Source of the DNA: an uncultured virus (IMG/VR IMGVR_UViG_3300047480_000789)
Taxonomy: Duplodnaviria > Heunggongvirae > Uroviricota > Caudoviricetes
DNA length: 64,000 nucleotides
Strand: one strand, 5' to 3'
Virus record (IMG/VR): IMGVR_UViG_3300047480_000789
Part shown: positions 18,874 through 27,644 of the stretch, piece after piece
How the letters are laid out: each line of letters begins with the position of its first letter
Position numbering within the stretch: the first letter of the stretch is position 1
Translations under genes and position numbers: made by a program
The notes under the pieces: model-generated
Databases searched by the model: none
The model's input: the letters and a program-made list of their open reading frames with translations, nothing else
What the model was told of the DNA's origin: nothing

Positions 18874-20133
18874 TTATTGAGTTTTTTCGTTATAGTTAAA
18901 CATTCTTTTCATTTTCTCAACTTCTTCGTTGATATTTTTTGTTTTAACAGGAACGGATTGTTTTGGATATAACTCTCTATTATCCTTATCTTCTTTTCTA
19001 TCTATTGCTTGTTTTTCTAATTTTTTAGCAGTGTCGGTTTTAATAGTATTACCCGATTTTTCTTCTGACTCTTTACCTTTATCGGCACCATTTGTAGGTT
19101 CAATTGATGGTTTCTCAGTTGTTGAGGCGTTACCCATAATAGTATCTCCCTCTAATGCCATTTTTAACCTTTTCTTAAATTGATCAGATGGTTCAATATC
19201 GTAATCTAAATTTTGTAAACCGGCAAAATTCTTTGCCACTTCATCGTCCTGCTCTTTAGTATTTTGTCTTGCAACTTTTTCGCCTTTACCTATTGCCTTC
19301 GGGAATTCAGGATTATCATTACCGTCAAAACTCATTGACGTTGAGATTTTTTTCTCAACTGCGGATAAATTTTCTTTATTTTCTTTACCACTTTCGACGT
19401 GTGATTTTTTTGCGGCATCTAAACCGGGTATCGATTCATTAACCATTCTACCGATTAGTGCAATTAATTCAGATTCTTTTAAACGTAACGTTTTCTTTTT
19501 ACTTTCGTTCATTGTACTATTACATTCACAAACGTCTTTACCACATTTTTCACAAGTTTCTTCTTTCATTTCACTATTCCCACACTCATTACACTCTTCC
19601 TCTTCTTTTGGTTCTTCTTTTTGACCTTTCAAAATTTTAAAATCTTGTCCGTCTATTTTACCGTTATGGTTTTTGTCTAACTTCTTTTGTCCACCAATTA
19701 ACTCCTCGTCCATTTGTTTAGTCCAACATTCTTCCACATCATATTCTTTACCTCCTACCGAAAACGTTTTTTCGCCAGCATCTTTAGCCGCCTTAAGGGC
19801 TCCTGAGAACTCATTACCTTCCATTGGTTGTGTATTTTCCATATTGTCTGTTTCTTCTAATTGGTCATTCATTTCGTCAAGTTTATCTAACATATCTTCG
19901 TGAGATTCGTAAACACCCTTCTCAATGATTAATTCTTTACCTGGATGCATTTCTTTAAATTTATCCATATCATTTTCAGCATCTTCCTGAGTTTCATAAG
20001 TACCTAATGGCACACCTTCACATTTTATGTGATAAACCTCTTTCTGTGTGTTTTCCGACTCACTGATTATGGTTTTCTTAACCTCATCTGAAACGATGTT
20101 TTCTATAATTTGTCTTAATTCACTTACTTTCAT
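18874..20133 (-). CDS. Acidic putative internal head protein
   Basis: EF-hand-like DKNHNGKIDGQDF, CxxC motifs, LRLKESELIALIGRMVNE; late-type motif upstream. Confidence 0.5.
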   Translation of the reverse strand: MKVSELRQIIENIVSDEVKKTIISESENTQKEVYHIKCEGVPLGTYETQEDAENDMDKFKEMHPGKELIIEKGVYESHEDMLDKLDEMNDQLEETDNMENTQPMEGNEFSGALKAAKDAGEKTFSVGGKEYDVEECWTKQMDEELIGGQKKLDKNHNGKIDGQDFKILKGQKEEPKEEEECNECGNSEMKEETCEKCGKDVCECNSTMNESKKKTLRLKESELIALIGRMVNESIPGLDAAKKSHVESGKENKENLSAVEKKISTSMSFDGNDNPEFPKAIGKGEKVARQNTKEQDDEVAKNFAGLQNLDYDIEPSDQFKKRLKMALEGDTIMGNASTTEKPSIEPTNGADKGKESEEKSGNTIKTDTAKKLEKQAIDRKEDKDNRELYPKQSVPVKTKNINEEVEKMKRMFNYNEKTQ

Positions 20134-20135
20134 AT

Positions 20136-20972
20136 CTAAATAAATATCTTGTTAATATCATTTAATACAATTTTTTCAATTTCTTTATATGAAATTCCGT
20201 ATTTCTTTGATATCTCATTAATTGTATCCTTTATTTCTTTATTTTCACTCACGAATTCAATTGCACCGGTATTCCCCTGATTACAATAAGGATATTTTTT
20301 ACACTTTTCTTTAACCTTCACAAAAACACTGTCAGGACCTCCCCATTTAGGAAAATTCTTATCTTTTACCGCCCTACCTTTATATATACTATCAGGACCA
20401 TCGATTTTTAATGGATTTTTACGACCTTTTGACGTTGTTCCAAATGCTGGAACATCATACGAACCCGAAGAACTCGCGTCGGTTACTTCATCCAAATCCA
20501 TATTTGGGATTGATGTTATTTTCTTCCTAATAATTTGTTGATTCCCACCTCCCATTAACGGTCCTTCGAAAGACCCCGATGACCCACTGTCGGTCTCATC
20601 AACTTCCATAGGTTTGTTTTTCTCAGTTAAATCAACAACCCACAATTTCGGATTTATCCCTTTTAGTAACAAACCTGACAACCTCGTATTACCCCCTAAT
20701 AAATCATAATCAGTGTCACTAAATTTAACTACTATCGGTATTTCAACTTCACCTTTTTCAAATGCCTCTTCAAATCTTTTTTTCTTATCGTCTTCTAAAT
20801 TTTCAAAATCTAAATCAATATTACTTAAAACACCTTTGATGTTGTCGTAATTACTAATTTCAAAATTATTTTGTGCAACTTCTAACCACCCTTTTTTACC
20901 CATTTTTTCAAATTCACGATAACGTAAGGCCTCAGACCACTCTTCATTAAAATTAGGTTTCGTATATTTCAT
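20136..20972 (-). CDS. Protein with ParB/Srx-like N-terminal domain
   Basis: EIPIVVK...YDLLGGNTRL resembles the ParB GxxR motif. Confidence 0.5.
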   Translation of the reverse strand: MKYTKPNFNEEWSEALRYREFEKMGKKGWLEVAQNNFEISNYDNIKGVLSNIDLDFENLEDDKKKRFEEAFEKGEVEIPIVVKFSDTDYDLLGGNTRLSGLLLKGINPKLWVVDLTEKNKPMEVDETDSGSSGSFEGPLMGGGNQQIIRKKITSIPNMDLDEVTDASSSGSYDVPAFGTTSKGRKNPLKIDGPDSIYKGRAVKDKNFPKWGGPDSVFVKVKEKCKKYPYCNQGNTGAIEFVSENKEIKDTINEISKKYGISYKEIEKIVLNDINKIFI

Positions 20973-21211
20973 TATTTAACTGATTTTAATGCACTTTCCC
21001 AAAATGATTTTCTTTGCCAAAGTGTTTTAAATAATTCAACGACGACTTTGGTCGATAAATCAACTATTTTATCATCAATCTTTTTTGTTCCCAACTCTTG
21101 TTGTACTTGTTTAATAACAATCTTATGAGCCTGAGTCGAATCCATAAAATCCTTGATTTCCTTTCTAGTGATTCTTTCTATTTCTTTTTTATCTACGTCA
21201 GTAAGTGCCAT
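20972..21211 (-). CDS. Hypothetical protein
   Basis: 79 aa, coupled to the next gene. Confidence 0.65.
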   Translation of the reverse strand: MALTDVDKKEIERITRKEIKDFMDSTQAHKIVIKQVQQELGTKKIDDKIVDLSTKVVVELFKTLWQRKSFWESALKSVK

Positions 21212-21741
21212 TAGTTATTATTTCTATTTTGAATTAATGGTTCTAATGAAGTTTTAAAAGTCTCTTCAAATTTTACCAATTTTTCTAACATTAACCCAAC
21301 GTTATTTTCTAATTTTAACATTTCCGCATTAATGAATGTACCACTATCCTCACCAGCAATTAAAACAAAACTAATGTCTTCGTCAGTTAACTTACCGTCT
21401 AATCTAATTTGATTTGAATTAATGGTCATACCAGGTTGAAAATCGACAATTTGTGACACTTGTTGTTTGAAATTATCAATTAACCCAGAAATTGATTCTT
21501 TTTGTTCATCTGTTAATTCCATATCTGCCTCATCAGATGATAACATTTTCACCTCAACGTCGTTAATTACAACAAACCCTCTTTCCTGTTGTTTTGGTTC
21601 GTTATTTTCCGAATCTATCGGTTCTTGTGTATTCACTTGTTCTGATAAAGTACGATATGAAAATTTTGATTCATTAAGATTTCTTAATGTATTCAACATT
21701 TTCTTTGTTTGATCATACGTCGATGGTTGTTTCTTTTGCAT
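21211..21741 (-). CDS. Hypothetical protein (possibly virion-associated)
   Basis: 176 aa; TATTTATA at 21784-21791. Confidence 0.65.
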   Translation of the reverse strand: MQKKQPSTYDQTKKMLNTLRNLNESKFSYRTLSEQVNTQEPIDSENNEPKQQERGFVVINDVEVKMLSSDEADMELTDEQKESISGLIDNFKQQVSQIVDFQPGMTINSNQIRLDGKLTDEDISFVLIAGEDSGTFINAEMLKLENNVGLMLEKLVKFEETFKTSLEPLIQNRNNN

Positions 21742-22333
21742 TGTTAAAAAATATTCTAAAATTAAATGATGGGTTTATATCTGTATAAATAGTTGAAAAA
21801 TTAGATTTACATACAATTCCTTTGAAATTAGATACGTTTTCTAAATATCCCTGAGATGGGACCACTTGTTTAAAGATATTATGTTTATCACATAAAAATT
21901 CACATAACTCAGAAATAGATGAAAGTTGGGTTTCTCCATATTTATCCCAAAAATAATGACCTCTCCAATTACGGATATATGGTTCAGACCTATACGGGTC
22001 ACCAATCCAATTATTAAGAACTCCTGTGATAGTGTTTTTATTTAACCAACCTAAGTTCTCAATTGCAATTTTAATTATCTTCTTATCATCATTAGGTTCC
22101 CCAAATGTAACGGAACTATAATCAGTGTCAAATAATTGATAAACCATACCTAGCTTAGAAACAACAAAATGGGGTACGTCTTCGTACAACCCATTCTTTC
22201 TGTACTTTATCATATTGATAAAATCGTCAGATCTTCTTTGTGTATCGTATAGGAAAATTTGAGTTTTCTTAGATTTCTTACGAATTATGTTTAATTTATC
22301 GCTATCTAAAACTTCTACGTCGTGAACTAACAT
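21713..22333 (-). CDS. N-acetylmuramoyl-L-alanine amidase-like protein, apparently degenerate
   Basis: PHFVVSKLGMVYQL, IAIENLG, ETQLSSISELC and DINPSFNF follow the Amidase_2 layout. Confidence 0.6.
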   Translation of the reverse strand: MLVHDVEVLDSDKLNIIRKKSKKTQIFLYDTQRRSDDFINMIKYRKNGLYEDVPHFVVSKLGMVYQLFDTDYSSVTFGEPNDDKKIIKIAIENLGWLNKNTITGVLNNWIGDPYRSEPYIRNWRGHYFWDKYGETQLSSISELCEFLCDKHNIFKQVVPSQGYLENVSNFKGIVCKSNFSTIYTDINPSFNFRIFFNNAKETTIDV

Positions 22334-22577
22334 TTCTTGATATTACTTTTTTTACCGGCTCAGGTGTAACCGTTATTTCATCCTCCGATGTTGGTATAAT
22401 GACTTCGTTATTCTCAATGTCATAAATGACTTGATTTGGGTTAACGTCATCGGATACTTCCCAATAAAGATTTTCACTCTCCTCTTTAGAGTCTTGAAAT
22501 TCTAACGTTGGGGTTATTATATCTCCTATTGATATCGGTAAAATTTCCAATTCCAATGTTTCCGTTTGGGACTCTAG
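22302..22577 (-). CDS. Probable -1 frameshift extension of 22574..24229
   Basis: Frame opens just before the A10 run, contains no ATG, and is acidic like the upstream C-terminus. Confidence 0.6.
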   Translation of the reverse strand, partial: LESQTETLELEILPISIGDIITPTLEFQDSKEESENLYWEVSDDVNPNQVIYDIENNEVIIPTSEDEITVTPEPVKKVISRNVSSRRRSFR

Positions 22578-24229
22578 TTTTTTTTTTCGTCATCCTCTTC
22601 AGGTGACGTTTGGGGTTCTTCCTCGACATCTTTATCAATGACATTATTGACAATATCCAACATTTGGTCAATTTCTTTTGTTTCCGATTGATAGGTCGGT
22701 TCATCTATTAAAGATTCACTATTAAATTCATCAATTGCCTCAGATATAAAATCGTCATTGAATGTTAATTCGGGTTCATCATTGATTGATTCATCTATTG
22801 AGGTGATGGATTCGTCATTACCTTGGAAATTATTTTCCAAAATTGGTTCCATTGTGGAAAAATTTTGATTTTCTTCCTCAACTGTTAATTCTTCGTGGAA
22901 AATATTTTGTAATTCTTCATCAGTTAAAAACGATTCTTCATCTTCCAACCCATCCATTAATGTGACGTCCCAAATAGAATCTTCCTCATTGAAATTATTT
23001 TGAATTTGTTCCGTCATTTCAAATGCATTATTAGGTTCTACCGTAAAATCATCACTAACAATTGGTCCCGCATAAGGTTCCTCATCTCTTTCAAATTCTT
23101 CACGTTCTAATTTTTCTCTAATTCCACTATTGGCTAAAGCTCCTATTGGTTCATCTTCAGGTAAAATAGGTCCGTGTAACGATTCCCTATATTTCTCAAT
23201 CTGTTCCATTCTTTCAAATGTTTTTTTCATTTGAATTTCTTGTGCTCTTTTTAGAATTTCCTCGTCACTTATAAAGTTCTCAATATGAGTGTGTTTTTCT
23301 CTAACTTCGTCACTATATCTTTGTGCCGCCTCTTTTAATTTTTCGTTGGGTACTGATGGATTTAGTAGGATAGATTCAAGTTTATTCAAGTCCTCTTGTG
23401 ATAATTTAATTCTTGCGGTCTCATCAACGAATTCTTTTAAATCTTCAGGGTTTGATAATAGTTCTGAAATCGGTTTAATCTCGTCTTCTTTTCGTTTACC
23501 ACCAATTGATAATTGGTTGAACGAAATAATAAGCGCAACCGCCAATGGGTCAAACACAACAACAATTAGTATGATAAAAAATTTAACAACTGAATTTAAT
23601 TCAACACCAAATGCGTCGGCAACAAACCTGAAACCACCAACTTCCCTCTCAATTTCAATGTTATTATTTTTAATTTCATTTATCTTGCCATTATATACAA
23701 CGATAGAATCCTGAAGTACATTTATTTTATTAGAAATTTTTGTTGATTGTCTATCTCTATTATCTGCGGATCGTATTAAACGACTATTAACATTACCTTT
23801 CGTAATTAAAGTGTTTTGAGTGTTTGACAAATCCTTTTGTTGACCTTGTAATGTGACAATTTGGTCATTAGTTAATTTAATTTTATTATTCCAAACGTCA
23901 ATTTCACGTTGTACTTGTTCTAACTTTAAATTTTGTTGTTGAAACGCATTTGATAGATAACCAAAAATGCCTGCGGAAGTTATTAACATTAAAATAACCA
24001 CGGCAGATGTTAAATACCATTTATTCAAACCTCTAATTTGGTCCCACTCTTGTTTAAGATAGGTGGCCGTTACTAACTTAGCAAATTCCAATGAACTCGC
24101 CATTACCATAACCGCAATCGCTGCACCACTAAATAGTACACCTAAACCCGTCACAGAGAAATAAGCGGCACTACCAGCAATTAAAATCGCAGCAAGGGCC
24201 ACTAAAGTTTTTAACCAATTATTATTCAT
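22574..24229 (-). CDS. Multi-pass membrane protein with coiled coil and acidic tail
   Basis: Three N-terminal TM helices, coiled coil, fourth TM (FDPLAVALIIS), acidic tail ending EKKN. Confidence 0.75.
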   Translation of the reverse strand: MNNNWLKTLVALAAILIAGSAAYFSVTGLGVLFSGAAIAVMVMASSLEFAKLVTATYLKQEWDQIRGLNKWYLTSAVVILMLITSAGIFGYLSNAFQQQNLKLEQVQREIDVWNNKIKLTNDQIVTLQGQQKDLSNTQNTLITKGNVNSRLIRSADNRDRQSTKISNKINVLQDSIVVYNGKINEIKNNNIEIEREVGGFRFVADAFGVELNSVVKFFIILIVVVFDPLAVALIISFNQLSIGGKRKEDEIKPISELLSNPEDLKEFVDETARIKLSQEDLNKLESILLNPSVPNEKLKEAAQRYSDEVREKHTHIENFISDEEILKRAQEIQMKKTFERMEQIEKYRESLHGPILPEDEPIGALANSGIREKLEREEFERDEEPYAGPIVSDDFTVEPNNAFEMTEQIQNNFNEEDSIWDVTLMDGLEDEESFLTDEELQNIFHEELTVEEENQNFSTMEPILENNFQGNDESITSIDESINDEPELTFNDDFISEAIDEFNSESLIDEPTYQSETKEIDQMLDIVNNVIDKDVEEEPQTSPEEDDEKKN

Positions 24230-24232
24230 ACA

Positions 24233-25042
24233 TTATAAATAGTTTAAGAGACCGAAACTCTCATTTCTTAGTTTCTTAATTGCCTTATCACGTAATTGTC
24301 TAATACGTTCTTTTGTACAACCAAACTCTTCACCTAAATCTTCTAAATTAGACTCTACACCGGTTAATCCATAGTATCTTTCAATAATCGTTTTCTCTCT
24401 TTCATCTAATACACTCAACATTGCTGCCACTTTTTTCTTAATCTCTTCAGGAGAATTTACCATTGCGTCGGGTCTTTCTGCGTCAACATTAGGAATCACA
24501 TCAATTAATTGGTCACCTTCTTCATTAATTTCTTTATATAACCCCACACAATACGGTAAATTACTTGAGGTGGGTTCGTCACTATTATTAATGTGGAATT
24601 TATCTTCCTCGTTTGTTTCTTCTTTTTTCGCCTTCTGAGCCTCTTGTACTAAATTAGACGGTAGTCGAATAGTTCTTGCATTCTCATTTAGTGATGCCAT
24701 AATTGATTGTCTAACCCACCAAACAGCATATGAAATAAATTTCAAACCGCTCGTTGGGTCAAATCTATCCGCCGCCTTCATCAAACCAATATTACCTTCA
24801 GATATTAAATCCATAATATCCATACCTTGGTTTTGATACATTTTTGCAACCGAAATGACAAATCGTAAATTACCTTTTACCAATTCATCATTTAATAACT
24901 TTCTAGTTGTCTTATCCGTTTTTTTATCGTTTAACGCCTCAAAAATTTCTTCTTGTCTAAGATGTGAAATAACCGGAATTTTACGAATATCCTTAATGTA
25001 TTGTTGGATTTCGTCGGTGTTGGTAATAGTAGATTTGGCCAT
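24233..25042 (-). CDS. RNA polymerase sigma-70 factor, Bacteroidetes primary-sigma type (no region 1.1)
   Basis: NLRFVISVAK.YQNQG, DLISEGNIGL, KFISYAVWWVRQSI and TKERIRQ. Confidence 0.9.
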   Translation of the reverse strand: MAKSTITNTDEIQQYIKDIRKIPVISHLRQEEIFEALNDKKTDKTTRKLLNDELVKGNLRFVISVAKMYQNQGMDIMDLISEGNIGLMKAADRFDPTSGLKFISYAVWWVRQSIMASLNENARTIRLPSNLVQEAQKAKKEETNEEDKFHINNSDEPTSSNLPYCVGLYKEINEEGDQLIDVIPNVDAERPDAMVNSPEEIKKKVAAMLSVLDEREKTIIERYYGLTGVESNLEDLGEEFGCTKERIRQLRDKAIKKLRNESFGLLNYL

Positions 25043-25083
25043 AGTTGTGGTGTGGTTTAATAATTAAAAATACAAAAAAAGAA

Positions 25084-25536
25084 TTACTTTGCAAAATTAT
25101 CGAGAAATTTTTTTTCTGAAGGTGTTAAACTTTCAACACCATATTCCTCGATTTTTTCTAAAATGGAGTCCAAATCAAATATTTGTGGTTCCTCACTATA
25201 TTTTGTATATTGAATTTTCATCATTAATGGGTCCATTGATGATGGTTTAAAAATGAAATCATTGACGGTGTCAGGTAGGAACACACTAACTAATGAATTC
25301 TTTTCAAATAGGAAATAAAATTTAACACTGTCATTTTTTGTTAATTCGTGAATTTCTTCGGATAACTTACCGTGGTCTACGTTTGAATCAAAAATTACTA
25401 TCACGTTTTGATTGTTTTCAATAACATAACGAACCGAATTTATTGATTGTGCTTGTCCCAAAACATCTAAACAAAAAAATTCAACGTCTCCGTGATCTTC
25501 AAATACCCCAAATAGGAATAATAAATATGTTCTCAT
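25084..25536 (-). CDS. Hypothetical protein with DUF6576-like C-terminal motif
   Basis: LDSILEKIEEYGVESLTPSEKKFL. Confidence 0.55.
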   Translation of the reverse strand: MRTYLLFLFGVFEDHGDVEFFCLDVLGQAQSINSVRYVIENNQNVIVIFDSNVDHGKLSEEIHELTKNDSVKFYFLFEKNSLVSVFLPDTVNDFIFKPSSMDPLMMKIQYTKYSEEPQIFDLDSILEKIEEYGVESLTPSEKKFLDNFAK

Positions 25537-25555
25537 ACTAAGATTTAGTATATTG

Positions 25556-26188
25556 TTATTTTAATTTTATTTTCCAATAAACACCTCCACCAATATAAGG
25601 TGTAAATGTTCCGTTAACACCGTCTGTAGTTCTATTTGCCACACCTAAATCCACGTGAAATATTTTATCCTCTTTTGTTTTAAACAACACCCCCGTACTT
25701 ATATGTGAAACTAAGTCAGGACTACTAAACCCACCATTGAATCCAAAAAATACTTGACTCTTTTTAGGTTCTTTAGTGTAGATGGTATCCTTAACTATCA
25801 TTCTCTTTATATCACTAATAAATTTACGATTAACCACTGAATTTTTAGATAACGTATCAATAATTGTTACTGTACCTTGATTATTGGGTAATACTAATAC
25901 TTCTTTATGTGGTACTTTTGTGAAGTATATTTTTAGTATTTCGTTAGTGTCGACAGGTTGGACAATAGGTACCTCTACTTTCCTCTCAACTTCAACAGGT
26001 ACTTCCACCTCAACTTCCACCTCAACTAAACTATCAACAGGTATTGTGTCGTGTACAGCATATGGGATTGAGTCAATCTTTAAAATTGTTCTATGTGGCA
26101 TAAATCCTTTAGGATTCATCAATTCCACGATTGCAATTAAAATCAGAATAACAATAATAAGATGTCTGACATCTAAAAGTTTCTTCAT
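25556..26188 (-). CDS. Envelope protein, spanin-like candidate
   Basis: N-terminal TM and C-terminal amphipathic beta-strands ending PYIGGGVYWKIKLK. Confidence 0.5.
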   Translation of the reverse strand: MKKLLDVRHLIIVILILIAIVELMNPKGFMPHRTILKIDSIPYAVHDTIPVDSLVEVEVEVEVPVEVERKVEVPIVQPVDTNEILKIYFTKVPHKEVLVLPNNQGTVTIIDTLSKNSVVNRKFISDIKRMIVKDTIYTKEPKKSQVFFGFNGGFSSPDLVSHISTGVLFKTKEDKIFHVDLGVANRTTDGVNGTFTPYIGGGVYWKIKLK

Positions 26189-26610
26189 TACTTAACAAGA
26201 TATAACGTCGTAGTTATTATTGCAACCGCAATGCCAACAAATGACCCCGCCTTATAAAATTTAGTCTTCAACTGTTGTACTTTGAGTTCCTTTTCCAAAC
26301 TCTTAGACATATCAATCGCCAAATCTCTTTGTTGAGTTGTTTTATCGATTATAGTATTAAGATTAAGAATTTTTTGATCTTTAAGTGAATCTTTTTGACT
26401 ATATAAAGTTATTTGACCTTTTTGTAAATCGATAACTTTATTGGCCTCTAATAATTCTTGCTTGGCACCATCCCCTTGTAATAAATCCTTAATTACTAAC
26501 TTTGCTATCGGTACCTTTAAGGGTACTATCGAGTCCGTTTTCGTAACGGTCTGAGAAAAACTTGATAAGGTCGTGAATAGTATAATCGTTAACAGCTGTA
26601 ACTTTTTCAT
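26188..26610 (-). CDS. Exported coiled-coil protein with C-terminal TM (spanin-like candidate)
   Basis: Signal peptide ending SSFS|Q, coiled coil, C-terminal hydrophobic anchor. Confidence 0.5.
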   Translation of the reverse strand: MKKLQLLTIILFTTLSSFSQTVTKTDSIVPLKVPIAKLVIKDLLQGDGAKQELLEANKVIDLQKGQITLYSQKDSLKDQKILNLNTIIDKTTQQRDLAIDMSKSLEKELKVQQLKTKFYKAGSFVGIAVAIITTTLYLVK

Positions 26611-26872
26611 TTGTTTGATTTTTGATAATTGTTATGTTTTTATTTACGTTAGTAATGTCACCTTCAATTTTAGTAATTTCATTATCTACCGTAGCAATGT
26701 GATTGTCAATAAGTTTGTTTGCGTTTTCAACCGAATCAATCTCGTTTTGTAGTGAGTCTATTTTACGATAGTACCCTTCTACATCTGTCTTAATTGAGTT
26801 AGATTGGAACAAACTGTATAAAGCAATTGCACCAACAATTAATACGAGAATTAGAGTTTTATTTATCTTCAT
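26489..26872 (-). CDS. N-terminal TM coiled-coil protein (i-spanin-like candidate)
   Basis: TM followed by heptad repeats; overlaps the next gene by 122 bp; late-type motif upstream. Confidence 0.5.
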   Translation of the reverse strand: MKINKTLILVLIVGAIALYSLFQSNSIKTDVEGYYRKIDSLQNEIDSVENANKLIDNHIATVDNEITKIEGDITNVNKNITIIKNQTNEKVTAVNDYTIHDLIKFFSDRYENGLDSTLKGTDSKVSN

Positions 26873-26895
26873 AATTACTTTTATATATAAATACG

Positions 26896-26921
26896 AAGAA
26901 AGAGGACTTTCGTCCTCTTTT
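26896..26921 (-). terminator. Intrinsic terminator after clpP
   Basis: AAAGAGGAC-GAAA-GTCCTCTTT followed by T-rich tail on the minus strand. Confidence 0.75.
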
Positions 26922-26924
26922 GTA

Positions 26925-27599
26925 CTAATTCTTCTTTTTAACTATCTCATCAATAATTCCGTAGGATAGTGCCTCTTCAGCACCTAACCATAAATCTCGA
27001 GATGCGTCACCCTTAACTTGTTCCGCCGATTTTCCACAATATCCACCTAATAATTCAAAAAGGGTATCATTAATCTTTTCCCATTCTTGGAATGTGATAC
27101 GTGCATCTTGAATATTACCCCCTGCACCTCCTGATGATTGGTGTAACATTGTACGTGAGAATCTTAAGGACCCTCGTTTACCTTTAGTTCCTGCACCTAA
27201 TAGAACTGAACCCATAGATGCTGCCATTCCCGTATTAATTGTACGGATATCCGAACGAATATAATCCATCACATCAACCATTGATAAACCAGACTTAACT
27301 GAACCACCCGGACTATCAATGTGCATTGTGATATCGTTTGTGTCTAAACTATCTAAGAACATTAGTTGTGCCTGTGTCACTACGGACATATGGTCGTTAA
27401 CCTCACCAGCCACCCAAATAATACGTTCCATCATTAGACGTGAAAATACGTCCATAACGGTCACATTCATTTGTCTTTCCTCCAAAATATATGGGGTTAA
27501 ACTACTTTCAATTCTCTGATTGTATCTGTGTAAGTCTAATGAACTGATACCGTGGTCTTTACTATAAAGACCAAAATCTTTTAATTCTTTTGGTGTCAT
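26925..27599 (-). CDS. clpP: ATP-dependent Clp protease proteolytic subunit
   Basis: DVFSRLMMERII, DSPGGSV, GMAASMG, MLHQ and RDLWLGAEEALSYGIID. Confidence 0.95.
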   Translation of the reverse strand: MTPKELKDFGLYSKDHGISSLDLHRYNQRIESSLTPYILEERQMNVTVMDVFSRLMMERIIWVAGEVNDHMSVVTQAQLMFLDSLDTNDITMHIDSPGGSVKSGLSMVDVMDYIRSDIRTINTGMAASMGSVLLGAGTKGKRGSLRFSRTMLHQSSGGAGGNIQDARITFQEWEKINDTLFELLGGYCGKSAEQVKGDASRDLWLGAEEALSYGIIDEIVKKKN

Positions 27600-27620
27600 A
27601 AGTTAGTTTTTGTTATAGGA

Positions 27621-27628
27621 CAAATATA
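27621..27628 (-). promoter_or_regulatory. Bacteroidetes-type -7 promoter element (TATATTTG) upstream of clpP
   Basis: Exact match to TAnnTTTG, 21 nt upstream of the ATG. Confidence 0.55.
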
Positions 27629-27644
27629 GGTTTTTTATTTTTAA

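Noticed and set aside
22486..22704. 72 aa ORF as an independent gene
   Set aside because: Mostly overlaps 22574..24229 in another frame; relevant only as a possible +1 slippage product.
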